Assembly: GCA_963804455.1 (NCBI GenBank)
Contig: CAWDRD010000125.1
Span: 29,057-93,056 of the forward strand
DNA length: 64,000 nt
Source of the DNA: an uncultured Actinomycetes bacterium
GTDB taxonomy: Bacteria; Actinomycetota; Actinomycetes; Streptosporangiales; Streptosporangiaceae
Direction of reading: 5' to 3'
The notes under the pieces are model-generated. The model was not told the DNA's origin. It saw only the letters and a list, made by a program, of their open reading frames with translations, and made no database searches. The translations under genes were made by a program, and so were the position numbers. Every line of letters starts with the position of its first letter. Within the stretch, counting starts at the first letter, position 1. Of the stretch, positions 11,239 to 22,862 are shown piece after piece.

Positions 11239-12519
11239 TTAAGCCGACTTTTCCCGCGGCGTCCGCCGGGCAGCCGAGTCCCGCGGCACCAGGGTCGGGT
11301 TCACGTGCTCGAGCACGACCGGCCCGGTGATGACCACCCGCTCAACGTCCTTGCGGGAGGGCACCTCATACATGACGGAGAGGAGGACCTCTTCCAGGAT
11401 CGCGCGCAGGCCGCGGGCGCCGGTACCGCGCAGGATGGCCTGGTCGGCCACGGCCTCCAGGGCGTCCTCGGTGAACTCGAGATCGACCCCGTCCAGCTCG
11501 AACAGGCGGCGGTACTGCTTGACCAGGGCGTTGCGCGGCTCGGTGAGGATCTGGATCAGCGCATGGCGGTCCAGGTTGTGCACGGACGTGATGACCGGAA
11601 GGCGGCCCACGAACTCGGGGATCATGCCGAACTTGAGCAGGTCCTCGGGCATGACCTCGGCGAAGGAGTCGGTGGTCGCACTGGAGTTCTTGACCCGCAG
11701 GACTGCGCCGAAGCCCATGCCGTTCCGGCCCACCCGCTGCTCGATGATCTTCTCCAGCCCGGAGAAGGATCCGCCGCAGATGAACAGCACGTTAGTGGTG
11801 TCGATCTGGATGAACTCCTGGTGCGGGTGCTTACGGCCGCCCTGCGGCGGCACCGAGGCGGTGGTGCCTTCCAGGATCTTCAGCAGGGCCTGCTGCACAC
11901 CCTCGCCGGAGACGTCCCGGGTGATCGACGGGTTCTCGCTCTTGCGGGCGATCTTGTCGATCTCGTCGATGTAGATGATCCCGGTCTCGGCCTTCTTCAC
12001 GTCGTACTCGGCCGCCTGGATCAGCTTCAGCAGGATGTTCTCCACGTCCTCGCCGACGTAGCCAGCCTCGGTCAGCGCGGTGGCGTCGGCGATCGCGAAC
12101 GGCACGTTGAGCAGCCGGGCCAAGGTCTGGGCGAGCAGCGTCTTACCGGAGCCAGTGGGGCCGAGCAGCAGGATGTTGGACTTGGCGAGTTCCACCCCGT
12201 CCTCACCAGCCCGGTTGTCCCCGCCCGACTGGACCCGCTTGTAGTGGTTGTACACCGCGACCGACAGGGCCTTCTTGGCCTTTTCCTGGCCGATGACGTA
12301 CGCGTCGAGGAACTCGTAGATCTCGCGCGGCTTCGGCAGGCTGTCCCACTTCAGCTCGGAGGGCTCGGCGAGCTCCTCTTCGATGATCTCGTTGCAGAGA
12401 TCGATGCACTCGTCACAGATGTACACGCCAGGACCAGCGATGAGCTTCTTGACTTGCTTCTGGCTCTTCCCGCAGAAAGAGCATTTCAGCAGGTCACCAC
12501 CATCGCCGATGCGAGCCAC
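11239..12519 (-). CDS. clpX: ATP-dependent Clp protease ATP-binding subunit ClpX
   Basis: 426 aa, intact. Zinc-finger CSFCGKS...CDEC, Walker [12 protein letters not shown]-loop region. Confidence 0.95.
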   Translation of the reverse strand: MARIGDGGDLLKCSFCGKSQKQVKKLIAGPGVYICDECIDLCNEIIEEELAEPSELKWDSLPKPREIYEFLDAYVIGQEKAKKALSVAVYNHYKRVQSGGDNRAGEDGVELAKSNILLLGPTGSGKTLLAQTLARLLNVPFAIADATALTEAGYVGEDVENILLKLIQAAEYDVKKAETGIIYIDEIDKIARKSENPSITRDVSGEGVQQALLKILEGTTASVPPQGGRKHPHQEFIQIDTTNVLFICGGSFSGLEKIIEQRVGRNGMGFGAVLRVKNSSATTDSFAEVMPEDLLKFGMIPEFVGRLPVITSVHNLDRHALIQILTEPRNALVKQYRRLFELDGVDLEFTEDALEAVADQAILRGTGARGLRAILEEVLLSVMYEVPSRKDVERVVITGPVVLEHVNPTLVPRDSAARRTPREKSA

Positions 12520-12686
12520 CCAGCTACTCCTTTACCTGGGGCCGCCAGCCCGTACGTGCCGGGCCAGCGGCAGCGGGTACATTCCTTCGTGCCGTCCTGC
12601 GCTCAATCCGACGGTACCGCTTCTGAGCCCATCGCCGCGAGGGCTAGGCCAGTGCGCAGCGCGCCGGGGAAGGGGAAACCTCCCGA

Positions 12687-13424
12687 TTACGACGACCCTA
12701 CCTCGGCCTTGCGCTTCAGGCTGGTCAGAACCTCATCGACGAGGCCGTATTCCTTGGCTTCCTCGGCGGTGAAGAACTTGTCCCGCTCGATGTCCTGGCG
12801 GACCTGCTCCTCGCTGCGGCCGGAATGCTTCGCGATGATCTTCTCCATGGAGGACCGCATCCGCAGGATCTCCCGGGCCTGGATCTCCAGGTCGCTGGAC
12901 TGGCCGTAGCCACCCTCGGTGGCGGGCTGGTGCAGCAGGATGCGGGCGTTCGGCAGCGACAGCCGCTTGCCCTTGGTGCCCGCGGCCAGCAGCACCGCGG
13001 CCGCCGAGGCGGCCTGGCCGATGCAGGCGGTCTGGATCTCCGGCTGGACGAACTGCATGGTGTCGTAGATCGCCATCATCGACGTCACCGAGCCACCGGG
13101 CGAGTTGATGTACATCGTGATGTCCCGGTCCGGGTCCATCGACTCCAGCGCGATCAGCTGCGCGATCACGTCGTTGGCTGAGGCATCGTCGATCTGCACG
13201 CCGAGGAAGATGATCCGCTCCTCGAAGAGCTTGTTGTACGGATTCATCTCCTTGATGCCGTACGACGTCCGCTCGACAAAGGACGGCAGGACGTACCTGG
13301 CCTCGACAGGCTGCGGCACGACGTACCCGGGCCCCGCGCTGACGGGCGCCCGGTAGGAGGCGCTGGCCTGGCCGCGGCTGGATGTGCTCACTTGCTGCTC
13401 CTCCGCTCCCGTTCCGGGAATCAT
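12687..13424 (-). CDS. clpP2: ATP-dependent Clp protease proteolytic subunit (second paralogue)
   Basis: Internal start MIPGTG..., RBS-less ATGA overlap with the upstream clpP stop. [21 protein letters not shown]...LHQP catalytic region is intact. The long ORF 12687..13928 is read-through from the clpP1 C-terminus. Confidence 0.85.
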   Translation of the reverse strand: MIPGTGAEEQQVSTSSRGQASASYRAPVSAGPGYVVPQPVEARYVLPSFVERTSYGIKEMNPYNKLFEERIIFLGVQIDDASANDVIAQLIALESMDPDRDITMYINSPGGSVTSMMAIYDTMQFVQPEIQTACIGQAASAAAVLLAAGTKGKRLSLPNARILLHQPATEGGYGQSSDLEIQAREILRMRSSMEKIIAKHSGRSEEQVRQDIERDKFFTAEEAKEYGLVDEVLTSLKRKAEVGSS

Positions 13425-14094
13425 GAAACCGGCCCTTCGGACGGGACTTCCACGGCGCTGCGGATCACGTGGTCGACGAAGCCGTAGTCCCTGGCCTCGT
13501 CGGCGGTGAACCAGCGGTCCCGGTCCGCGTCGAGTCTCGATCTGCTCGACCGTCTGGCCGGTGTGGAACGCGGTACGCTCGGCCAGCGTGCGCTTGATGT
13601 AGAGCATCTGCTCGGCCTGGATCCGGATGTCCGAGGCGGTCCCGCCGATGCCGCCGGACGGCTGGTGCATGAGGACGCTGGCGTGCGGCAGCGCGTAGCG
13701 CTTGCCCGGGGTGCCGGCCGACAGCAGGAACTGGCCCATGGACGCGGCCATGCCCATCGCGTAGGTGGCGATGTCGTTCGGCACGTACTGCATCACGTCG
13801 TAGATGGCCAGGCCCGGCGTACACCGAGCCGCCGGGGGAGTTGATGTAGATGCTGATGTCGCGCTTGTCGTCCTCGGACGCGAGCAGCACCATCTCGGCG
13901 CACATCCGGTTGGCGATGTCCTCGTCAACCTGCTGGCCGAGGAAGATGATCCGGTGCCGGAGCAGCCGCTGGAATATCTGCTCGGTAATCAGCGGCGGTG
14001 CCGCTTCCGCGGTCCGCGCCAGGATCCGAGCCGGGTCCCCGAAGGCCGGAGGCGTGCTCACTCTGGTCTCCTTGGTTTCACGTTTCTGCGTCAT
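13421..14094 (-). CDS. clpP1: ATP-dependent Clp protease proteolytic subunit (first paralogue, frame-disrupted)
   Basis: MTQKRETKE...[56 protein letters not shown] in ORF 13465..14448. The C-terminal half ([54 protein letters not shown]...) is in another frame. The true C-terminus ...[20 protein letters not shown] ends at the ATGA overlap. Confidence 0.75.
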
Positions 14095-14266
14095 TGACTG
14101 TGACGATAACGCCCGGCCCAGGCCAGACGTCCGCGCCTGGGCCCTGTTCGCTGTCGGCGCAGGATGCCCGGCTGGCCCGCAGGCCAGCAGGTCCGGCCAG
14201 GACGCCCAGGTCAGCCGGCCAGGCCGCCGCTCCGGCAGCAGCCGCCGGCCAGCCGGCCGTGGCCGG

Positions 14267-15859
14267 TCAGTCAGCCTGGTCGTCGTCGCTGGAAGCATCC
14301 GGTCCGGCTTCGGCCTGGGCCGCCGCGGTCGCGGTCTCGTCCCCGGCCGTGGTGTCGCCCGCTTCCCCGGCCGCATCGCCCGCCGCCACGCCGCCCGCTG
14401 GTGCGTCGTCAGCGGCCACGGCAGCCTCGTCCGCCACCGCAGCCTCATCGGCCATCGGCAGTGTCATCGGCCACCGCGTCATCGGCCACCGCGGTGTCCT
14501 CCGCCGCGGCAGCCTCATCCTCATCCTCGTCCGCACCCGGCGGCCGCAGGGCCGCCGCGACGTCCACCGGCTGCCCGGCTTCGTCGGTGACCGTTCGCCC
14601 GCTCGGTGATCAGGCTGAGCGCCTTGCCGCGCAGCACGTCGGCGACGACGGAGCCGATCTGGCCGCGGTCGGTGAGCTCCTGGGCCAGCCGGTCCGGCTG
14701 GACGCCCATCCGGTAGGCCTGCTCGATCACGTAGGCGTTCAGCTCGTCCTGCTCGATGCCGAGCTGCTCGTTCACCGCCAGCTGGTCCAGGACGAAGCCG
14801 GCCTTCACCGAGCGCCGGGCCCCCTCCTCCATGTCCGCGGCCGAGCTGCTCATCTGTCTGGCCGGAGGACTGCAGGTAGGCCTCCCGGGTGGTCCCGGCC
14901 CGCTCCAGCTGCTCGTCAAAGGACTGGCGGCGCATCTCGACCTCGCCGTTGACCAGACTGTCCGGCAGCGGGATGTCGATCTTGGCGAGCACCTCGTCCA
15001 GGGCCCGGTCCCGGGCCTGCCGGGCCTGCTGCATCCGCTTCACGGCCTCCAGCTGGGACCGGGTCCCGGCGCGCAGCTCGCCCAGCGTGTCGAACTCGCT
15101 CGCGGACTGGGCGAACTCGTCGTCCAGCTCAGGGAGTTCCTTGACCTTGACGCTGTGCACGGTCACCGTGACGTCGGCCTGCTCGCCCTCGTGCTCGCCG
15201 CCGGCGAGCTCAGCGGTGAACGTCTTGGACTCACCCGCCGACATGCCCAGCAGCGCCTCGTCCAGCCCGTCCAGCAGCGACCCGCTGCCGACCTCGTAGG
15301 ACAGGCCGCTCGCCTGGGCGTCCTCCACCGACTCGCCGTCCACCGAGGCCGACAGGTCGATCGAGGTGTAATCGCCGCCGGTGACGGGCCGGTCGGCCGT
15401 TCTCAGCGACGCGAACCGCTCCCGCAGCCCGCCGATGTACTCCTCGACCTCATCGGGAGTGACCACGGCAGTATCCACGGTGACCGGGAGCCCGTGCAGA
15501 TCGGGAATCTCGAACTTGGGCCGGACGTCCACCTCGGCGGTGAACGAGAGTTCCTTGCCGTCGTCCAGCTTGGTGATCTCGAGATCGGGCTGCCCGAGCG
15601 CGAATACCTCGTTGTCCTGCAGCGCCTGGCTGTACAGCTGCGGGACGGCGTCGTTGACCGCCTGCTCGAGCACGACGCCGCGGCCGAAGCGCTGGTCGAT
15701 GATCCGCGGCGGGACCCGCCCGGGCCGGAACCCGGGCACCCGCACTTGCCTGCCGACCTCCCGGTACGCCTTGTCGAGGCTCGACTTCAGCTCCTCGAAC
15801 GGAACCTCTATGGTCAGCTTCACCCGGGTGGGGCTCAGCTCCTCGACGTCGGTCTTCAC
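14267..15859 (-). CDS. tig: trigger factor (frame-disrupted near 14850-14920; acidic C-terminal tail)
   Basis: N-terminal ribosome-binding and PPIase domains in ORF 14267..15859 ([24 protein letters not shown]...[12 protein letters not shown]). The C-terminal arm [35 protein letters not shown] is in ORF 14521..14919. Confidence 0.85.
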   Translation of the reverse strand: MKTDVEELSPTRVKLTIEVPFEELKSSLDKAYREVGRQVRVPGFRPGRVPPRIIDQRFGRGVVLEQAVNDAVPQLYSQALQDNEVFALGQPDLEITKLDDGKELSFTAEVDVRPKFEIPDLHGLPVTVDTAVVTPDEVEEYIGGLRERFASLRTADRPVTGGDYTSIDLSASVDGESVEDAQASGLSYEVGSGSLLDGLDEALLGMSAGESKTFTAELAGGEHEGEQADVTVTVHSVKVKELPELDDEFAQSASEFDTLGELRAGTRSQLEAVKRMQQARQARDRALDEVLAKIDIPLPDSLVNGEVEMRRQSFDEQLERAGTTREAYLQSSGQTDEQLGRGHGGGGPALGEGRLRPGPAGGERAARHRAGRAERLRDRAGLPDGRPAGPAGPGAHRPRPDRLRRRRRAARQGAQPDHRAGERSPTKPGSRWTSRRPCGRRVRTRMRMRLPRRRTPRWPMTRWPMTLPMADEAAVADEAAVAADDAPAGGVAAGDAAGEAGDTTAGDETATAAAQAEAGPDASSDDDQAD

Positions 15860-16012
15860 GTCGCCGTCACTCCCTGATCCCTGCGCTCGCCTTGTTTTCT
15901 GGGCCCAGGAACCTGAGCCCAGCCCCGCCCCGGCCGCGCTGCGCCCGCGACGACGCGCGAACCCTTGCAGCGAGTGACGGCTGTGGCCGCCCAGTCTAGT
16001 GGCCCCCGGAGG

Positions 16013-16780
16013 TCAGGCAGGCTGTGTTAACGGCGGGGCGGCCCGGCCCGCCTGGGCCTGCCTGGCGGCCGGGCCCAGCCCGGCCATCCAGCCTTGGGTG
16101 CACCGGAGCAACTGCTCCCGGGCGGCCGGGCTGGCCTCGATGCCGAGCATCCGCAGATACGCGTCAGCCTCATCCGCGGTACAGGCCAGATGCTGACCGC
16201 CGATGACCCGGACCTCACCTGCCGCGCGCAGCCGGGCCAGCGGCAGGGCAGGCGGCCGCCGACCGCACAGCACCAGCCGCAGCATGCCCGGCGCGTGCCA
16301 TATACCTGCGGCCAGGCCGCTCAGTACGGCCGGGTCGGTCATCTCGTGCACGTCGTCCAGCAGCAGCACGACCGGCTCAGTGAAGGCGCGGGCCACCTCG
16401 GCCAGGCGCAGCGGGAACCGGTCGGCCGCGGTGTCGGCCAGCGACCGCAGCAGGTCTGGCGCGGCGACGCGGGCCCGGCTCAGCCCGGCGCAGACGTGCG
16501 CCCAGAACCAGGATTGCTGGTCACCGGGATCCATGGTCAGCCAGACCACCCGGCGCGCCCGCACCTCCGCGGCCCAGCTGGCACAGGCCAGGGTCTTCCC
16601 AGACCCGGGTGGCCCGCAGACCAGCGTCACCTTGCTGTGGGTGGCCCGGTCGAGCAGCGCGCTGATCCGGCGCCGACGGAGCACAGGGAAGGACGGCTGT
16701 GGTATCAGCAGCTCGCCCGCTCGGAATGGCAGAGCCTGCCAGCTCGCCTTTTCCGGGCGAAAACTGAGGTCAGGAACCAT
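16013..16780 (-). pseudogene. N-terminal P-loop/AAA fragment of a large LuxR-family (LAL/MalT-like) regulator, truncated, no HTH
   Basis: 255 aa with Walker A (LVCGPPGSGKT) and Walker B (LLLDDVHE) typical of LAL regulators. It stops after about 250 aa, whereas full-length members are about 900 aa. Confidence 0.5.
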
Positions 16781-16854
16781 TCACGGATCATACCCAGGGC
16801 GGTACGCCAGCAATCACGGCGGGGCCCGCTGCCGCAATCCCGGCTGGCCGCGAC

Positions 16855-18408
16855 CTATCCCATCCGCTCCGCCAGATGCTCTCCTACCCGGATAGCGTTC
16901 GCCATTGCGGTCAGCGCAGGATTTACCGCCCCAATGCTGGGGAAGAAGCTAGTGTCCACCACGTACAGGTTGTCGAGCTCGTGTGCCTTGCAGTTGACGT
17001 CGAGCACGGAGGTGGCGGGGTCGGCGCCGAACCGGCAGGTGCCGGATTGGTGGGCCACCCCGGCAATGGCCACGTCCATCTTCATATAGAAGTTCTTGTC
17101 CAGCACGTGGTGCGTAGCCAGGCCCACGTGGTTCAGCATCTTCCTGACCTCTTCGTAGAGGCCCTTGACCTCGGCGGCGTTGGTCGGGCTGTAGGACAGG
17201 TGCACATGGCCGTCCCGGTCCACCGTCACCCGGTTGCCCGGCCGGGGCAGGTCCTCGGTGGTCAGCCAGAGGTCGACGGCGTGGGCCGCCACCTCCTCCA
17301 GACTCCAGTGCGGGGCCAGCCCGGCCAGCTTCGGCTCCTCACCGCGGAACGCTTCCGCGTTCGACTTGCCGAGCATCTGGATATTCCCGAGCGGCCACTC
17401 GCGACCGTTTCCGGGGAGGTAGAAATCGTTGATGCCAAGAGTTTTCTGGTAGACGGTGTCGTTACGTTCCTTGTCCAGCGCGATCATGGCCCGGCTGTTG
17501 TGGAACATGTAGTTACGGCCGACCTGGCCGGATCCGTTGGCCAGGCCATCGGGGTGCGCGTCAGCGGCGGAGCTGAGCAGGATCTTGGCACTGTTCGTGG
17601 CACCCGCCGCCAGCGCCACGATGTCCGCCGCATAGGCCTCCTGCTGGCCGTCGCGCCGCGCCGTGACCTGGCTGACCGCGCGGCCGGACGCATCCGTCTC
17701 CAGCCGTAGCACCTCGGCTCCGGTGAGCAGCGTCACGTTCGGCTGGCCGAGTACCGGCCGGACGGCGATGACCTCAGCGTCAGACTTGGCGTGCACCAGG
17801 CAGGGGTAGCCATCGCTCCAGGCGCAGCGGATACACGCGCTGGCCGGCTGCCGCGCCTCGTCGAGCAGGATCCCGTTCGGCGCGTGGAATGGCTGGTAGC
17901 CGCTGGCCTGGAGGTCGTTGGCCAGCTGCTGGATCCGTGGCTCATGGGAAACCGCGGGCCAGGGGTACGGCCTGGACCAGGGCCCTTCGGTGGGGTCTTC
18001 GCCGTGCGCCCCGTGGACCTGGTAGAGCCATTCCGCCTTGGTGTACCAGGGCTCGAATTCGTCGTAACTGAGCGGCCAGGCAGGTGATATTCCGTCGATG
18101 TGCTGCAGTTCGCCGAAATCTGCGGGCCGCAGCCGGTAGAGCGCGGCCCCGTACATCTTGGTGGCCCCGCCGACGAAATAGTGCACCTGCGGCTGGAACG
18201 GCTTGTCATCGCCGTCGTACCAGGTGTCGTGGCTGACGTACCGGCCATCAACGAACACCGGCCCGGGCTTCCAGTTATCCAATTCGCGTGGCAAGAAATC
18301 GCCACGTTCCAGCAAGAGAATGTTCTTCCCGGTGGCGGCCAGGGTGTGCGCGAGGGTACCGCCGCCCGCGCCAGTGCCAATGATGATCACGTCATAGTGT
18401 TCGGTCAC
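16855..18408 (-). CDS. GMC-family FAD-dependent oxidoreductase
   Basis: GTG start at VTEHYDVIIIGTGAGGGTLA (Rossmann GxGxxG). C-terminal GMC signature region (...HQSGTCRFGADPATSVLD...). The long upstream extension of the ORF is GC-rich read-through. Confidence 0.8.
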   Translation of the reverse strand: MTEHYDVIIIGTGAGGGTLAHTLAATGKNILLLERGDFLPRELDNWKPGPVFVDGRYVSHDTWYDGDDKPFQPQVHYFVGGATKMYGAALYRLRPADFGELQHIDGISPAWPLSYDEFEPWYTKAEWLYQVHGAHGEDPTEGPWSRPYPWPAVSHEPRIQQLANDLQASGYQPFHAPNGILLDEARQPASACIRCAWSDGYPCLVHAKSDAEVIAVRPVLGQPNVTLLTGAEVLRLETDASGRAVSQVTARRDGQQEAYAADIVALAAGATNSAKILLSSAADAHPDGLANGSGQVGRNYMFHNSRAMIALDKERNDTVYQKTLGINDFYLPGNGREWPLGNIQMLGKSNAEAFRGEEPKLAGLAPHWSLEEVAAHAVDLWLTTEDLPRPGNRVTVDRDGHVHLSYSPTNAAEVKGLYEEVRKMLNHVGLATHHVLDKNFYMKMDVAIAGVAHQSGTCRFGADPATSVLDVNCKAHELDNLYVVDTSFFPSIGAVNPALTAMANAIRVGEHLAERMG

Positions 18409-18557
18409 GCCCCTAACTATGGCCGTCCTGCCGCACGCGCCACACGCCGGGGCCAGGCACCGGACACAGCCGGAGTAAGGTGACCGCTCGGAATGCCACC
18501 CGGGAGCCGCTCGGAATGCCACCCGGGAGCACGGTACGCGAGCACGAGGGAGCTCAG

Positions 18558-19935
18558 ATGGCAGCAGGCCAGGTGGACGCACTCGTCATCTTCGGCGCAA
18601 CCGGCGATCTGGCCAAGCTGGAGACCTTCCCCGCCCTGGTCGGCCTGGTCGAGCGCGGGGTGCTGGACGTGCCCGTGGTCGGCGTGGCGAAGAGCGGCTG
18701 GGGACTATCGCAGTTCCGCGACTATGCGGTGGCCTCGCTCAAGCTGAACGGCATGGACCCGGCCAGCCCCGCGGCCACCAAGATGCTCGGGCTGCTCCGC
18801 TACGTGGACGGCGACCTCGGCGACGATGCCACCTACCACGCGATGTCCGCGGCGGTCGGTGACGGCCAGCGGATCCTGTTCTACCTGGAAGTGCCGCCCG
18901 TGCTGTTCGGCCGGATCGCCCAGGGGATCGCCACCGCGGGCCGGGCGCAGGGCAACCGGGTGATGGTGGAGAAGCCGTTCGGCACCGACCTGGGCAGCGC
19001 GATGAAGCTGAACGCGCTCATGCACCAGTACTTCCCCGGAAGAGTCGATCTACCGGGTGGACCACTGGCTCGGCCTTGATCCAGTGGAGAACGTGCTGTT
19101 CGTCCGCTTCGCCAACTCGATCATCGAGCCGCTGCTCAACCGCACCTACGTGGAGAGCGTGCAGATCACCATGGCGGAGGCGTTCGACGTCTCCGACCGG
19201 GGCGCCTTCTACGACAAGACCGGCGCGATCCGGGACGTGCTGCAGAACCACATGCTCCAGGTGCTCGCGACGGTGCTGGCCGACCCGCCCTCCGGTAAGA
19301 GGCTGTCGTCCTGGGTGGACGAGAAGGCCCGGCTGATCTCGGCCATCCGCCCGCTGACCGCCGCGGACACGGTCCGCGGCCAGTACGAGGGCTACCTCGA
19401 CGTGCCCGGGGTGGCGCCGCACTCCACCGTAGAGACCTACGTTGCGGTGCGGCTGGCCATCGATTCCTGGCGGTGGGCGGGCGTGCCGGTGCTGATCCGG
19501 GCGGGCAAGTGCCTGCCGGTGACCGCCACCGAGGTCACGGTCCGGTTTGCCCGCGCGCCGTTCGACGTGTTCGGGCTGGACCCGCTGCCGGACAACAACA
19601 CCCTGCGCTTCCGGGTCTGGCCGGAGTCGGCGGTCAGCTTCAGCCTGGCCGGGAAGAAGCCCGGCGCCGGCTGGGAGCCGGAGACGGAGGAGCTGACGTT
19701 CGCCGAGCGGCCCGGCTCCGACATCCGCCCGTATGACCGGCTGATCGGGGCCGCGCTGGACGGTGACCGCTGGCTGTTCGCCCGGCAGGACACGGTCGAG
19801 GCGGCCTGGCGGGTGGTGGATCCGGTACTCGGTGACGCCGTCCCGGTACACCCGTACGCCAAGGGCACCTGGGGCCCGGGCGAGGCCGACCGGCTGCTGC
19901 CGGACCGGGACGCCTGGTACAACCCAGCGGGCTGA
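18558..19935 (+). CDS. zwf: glucose-6-phosphate 1-dehydrogenase family protein (frame break near 19030-19080)
   Basis: RBS gagggag before ATG 18558. [14 protein letters not shown]-binding motif. [17 protein letters not shown] / [13 protein letters not shown] in the second frame (19057..19935). Confidence 0.8.
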
Positions 19936-19981
19936 GCCAGCCCGCCCGGCGCCCCACGCCCGGCTGCGGCCCACGCCCGGC

Positions 19982-20979
19982 TCAGCGCAGGCCGGCGTAG
20001 TCCTCTCGGCGAACCAGCCCGGTCACCTGCTCCCCGCGCAGGTAGCGGCGGATGTTCTCCGCGGCGCGGCCCGCGGCGTGCGGCATGATGCCAGGCACAT
20101 CACCGGAGTTGTGCGGGGACCCGAGCACGTTGGGCAGGTCGAGGAACGGGTAGGCCAGCCGGAACGGCGCGCCGTCCCGGGGCTCGTCCCACCATGCGTC
20201 GATCGCCGCGGAGAACTCCGGGGTGGCCGTCAGGTGCTCGTACAGCGCCTGCTCGCCCACGATGGCGCCGCGGGCCACGTTCACCAGGATGGCGGCCGGC
20301 TTCATCAGGCCCAATTCCCGCGCCCCGATCAGCCCGCGGGTGGCGGCGGTCAGCGGGATCGAGATGACCAGCACGTCCGCGGCCGCCAGCACCTGGTCCA
20401 GGTCGGCCAGCGTGCCGGCCCACTCCACCGGCTCGCTGGTCCGGCCGGTGCTGTTCACCGCGTGGATCCGCGCCCCGAACGCGCGCATCAGCTGCGCGGT
20501 GGCCTGGCCGATCCCGCCGTAACCGAGGATCGCGCAGACCGCGCCGTGCAGCGTCCGGGACGGCGTGTCGCGGTCGAACACGCCACGGGCCAGCGCCGCC
20601 TGCCCGGCGGGCAGGCGCTTGACCAGGCTGAGCGTCATGGCCATGACATGCTCGGCGATCGGCGCCGCGTAGGCGCCCACGTTCCCGGCGACCAGCACGG
20701 CGGGCGGGATGGCGCTGAAGTCAACGCTGTCCACGCCGGCCGATACCAGCTGGATGAAACCGAGTTCGGCTGCCTCGCCGAGCGCGCCAGCCGGCAGTTC
20801 CCGGCGTAGGTTCAGGGCTAGCAGGACCTCGGCCTGGCGCAGGGCCACGGCGCGCTGGCCGGCTGGAAGGTCACTCAGGAAACTGACGTCCGCCACATCA
20901 CCGAGCACGCCGGTGATGGCCGAGGTGATTTCGCCGTCTGCCGGGTAGCTCACCGCTACCTGCCGTTCGTGGGCCATCG
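19982..20979 (-). CDS. D-isomer-specific 2-hydroxyacid dehydrogenase family (NAD-binding)
   Basis: GYGGIGQATAQLMRAFGARIHAV NAD-binding fingerprint plus catalytic region. aggaga RBS 6 nt before the second ATG (MAHERQ...). Confidence 0.8.
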
Positions 20980-21073
20980 AGCCTTCTCCTGGAGGTGTGA
21001 TGCTCTGCATGTCCGCCGCTCACCATGACGGTGCTGACCGGCAATACATTCCATCTCAACGGATGGTGGCATT

Positions 21074-22021
21074 GTGACCGCCGGGACCAGCGAGCCGGGG
21101 ACCGGGGCAATGACCGAGGCGGGCTTCCGTGAACTGCACCGCCGGCTGCGTGCTCAGGTCCCGTGGCCACTGGATGACCGGCGCGGGGCGCTGAACTACA
21201 TCACGCCCGCGGAGGTCCTGGCCGCCTTCGGCGAGGTCCGGCTGGGCCGCTCGGTGACCCTGGCCTCTCCGGTGGAGAGCCACGTCACCGCGGACAACCC
21301 GGACCCGGCGCGGCACCCGATGACCGGCACGGCCGACAACGCCGCGCACACCGGCCTGGCCTTTGCCACCGACCGGGTGGAGATGAACGTGCACGGCAAC
21401 GTAGACACCCACCTGGACGCGCTCTGCCACGTCATGTACGACGGCCTGCTCTACAACGAAGTGCCCGCGAGCACCGTCACCTCGAAAGGCTCCCTGGAAC
21501 TGTCCGTGGACCGGGCCAAGGACGGCATCGTGGGCCGCGGTGTGCTGCTGGATATCCCGCGGCTGCGCGGGGTGCCATGGCTGGAGCCTGGGGATCAGGT
21601 GAGTACGGCTGAACTGGAAGCGGCCGAGGCCGCCCAGGACGTCCAGGTCCGCCGGGGGGACCTGCTGTTCGTCCGGGTCGGCCACCGGCGGCGGCGCGAG
21701 GAGCTGGGCCCGTGGGACGCGGCCACCGCGCGGGCCGGGCTGCACCCGGAGGCGATGGAGTTCGTGGCCCAGCGGCAGGTCGCGGTGCTGGGCAGCGACA
21801 GCAACAGCGATGCGGCAGGCAGCGCAATCGGTGCCGTGGACTTCCCCGTGCACATCCTGGCCATCAACGCGCTCGGCGTGCACCTGCTGGACTACCTCCA
21901 GTTCGGCGACCTGCTGCCGTTGTGCGAGCAGCAGGGCCGCTGGTCGTTCCTGTGCGTCGTGGCCCCGTTGCGGCTGCAGGCCGGGACTGGGTCCCCGGTC
22001 AACCCGATCGCGATCCTGTAA
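21074..22021 (+). CDS. cyclase-family protein (kynurenine formamidase-like metal hydrolase)
   Basis: HxGTHxD-type motif (NVHGNVDTHLDALCH), about 300 aa, typical cyclase fold length. Confidence 0.7.
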   Translation: MTAGTSEPGTGAMTEAGFRELHRRLRAQVPWPLDDRRGALNYITPAEVLAAFGEVRLGRSVTLASPVESHVTADNPDPARHPMTGTADNAAHTGLAFATDRVEMNVHGNVDTHLDALCHVMYDGLLYNEVPASTVTSKGSLELSVDRAKDGIVGRGVLLDIPRLRGVPWLEPGDQVSTAELEAAEAAQDVQVRRGDLLFVRVGHRRRREELGPWDAATARAGLHPEAMEFVAQRQVAVLGSDSNSDAAGSAIGAVDFPVHILAINALGVHLLDYLQFGDLLPLCEQQGRWSFLCVVAPLRLQAGTGSPVNPIAIL

Positions 22022-22081
22022 TGACCGCCGCTGGCCGGGCCACAGGCTACGCCCGGGCAGGCGTGTGACCTGCGGTGTTCG

Positions 22082-22159
22082 TGGTCGGGATGGCCGGATT
22101 CGAACCGGCGGCCTCCTGCTCCCAAAGCAGGCGCGCTAACCAAGCTGCGCTACATCCCG
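22082..22159 (-). tRNA. tRNA-Pro (anticodon UGG)
   Basis: Reverse complement folds as a cloverleaf. Acceptor stem CGGGATG/CATCCCG, anticodon loop TTTGGGA, T-arm GGTTCGAATCC, encoded CCA. Confidence 0.85.
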
Positions 22160-22357
22160 CTAAGCCGACCGTAGCCTACCCGTCCAGCGAGATCTTCGCG
22201 CCCTGTGGCTGATAGCAGCACGAGCCAGACCGGCCCGTGCTGGAGTCACGCGGCCTGCCGGGACCTGCTCCAGCGGGGATGCGGTGACCCACCTGGCTCA
22301 GTAACCCGGTACGCTACGGCTGACGACGTGGCTGACGGGGGCTGCCCGCCCATCGCC

Positions 22358-22428
22358 AGCCCGGCGCGCGGGCGTAGCTCAATGGCAGAGCCCCAGCCTT
22401 CCAAGCTGGTCATGAGGGTTCGATTCCC
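22358..22428 (+). tRNA. tRNA-Gly (anticodon UCC)
   Basis: GCGGGCG/CGCCCGC acceptor stem, anticodon loop CTTCCAA, T-arm GGTTCGATTCC. CCA not encoded. Confidence 0.85.
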
Positions 22429-22556
22429 TTCGCCCGCTCTCTTGTCCCGGCCCAGGTCAGGGGCTGCGCGCTGCGGCCAGCCAGCTGACCGACCCGGAGG
22501 TGGCCCAGATCGCCAAGGAACTGGAAAGTGCGAGTGACCCGCACGATCGCTAGCTC

Positions 22557-22838
22557 TCAGGCGGGCAGCAGCGCGACACCGTAGTCGGCAAAGCGCTTAT
22601 CTCGTGTCACGATGGTCAGCCCTTCGGCCTGCGCCTGGGCTATGAGTATCCGGTCGAAAGGATCCTCATGGTGGCGGACGAGCTGCCCGGCCGCTACGCC
22701 GTGGGCCATGCTGACCGGCAGCGGCAGGAAGCCACCCGCCTGAACCTGATGCTCAAGGTCATCCGGCGCGACCAGCTTCCCCAGCGCCTTCTTGCGGGGC
22801 CCGAGCGCGTGCCACACCCGTGCCACACACCAGGGCAT
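22557..22838 (-). pseudogene. PIN-domain (VapC-type) toxin remnant lacking the N-terminal catalytic strand
   Basis: C-terminal PIN signature DPFDRILIAQAQAEGLTIVTRDKRFADYGV. No LDTNV-type N-terminus in any frame upstream. Confidence 0.55.
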
Positions 22839-22862
22839 GCCCGGGTCAGCGGACCCAGCTGG

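Noticed and set aside
12687-13928. 413-aa fused double-ClpP ORF
   Set aside because: It is a read-through artefact. The clpP1 stop and clpP2 start overlap as ATGA at about 13421-13424 once the clpP1 frame is corrected. Two separate genes were called instead.
81-15859. Calling rodA, mreC, folC, valS, clpP1 and tig pseudogenes
   Set aside because: These are essential or near-essential genes. The full-length proteins are recoverable by single-base frame changes at G/C runs, so sequence error is the most parsimonious explanation. They were annotated as frame-disrupted CDS instead.
19931-19985. Inverted repeat (gctgagcc ... ggctcagc) with internal ccacgcccggct direct repeats between convergent zwf and dehydrogenase genes as a terminator
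   Set aside because: It is plausible as a convergent terminator, but it lacks U-tracts and is typical GC-rich intergenic dyad symmetry. There is not enough evidence to list it as a feature.
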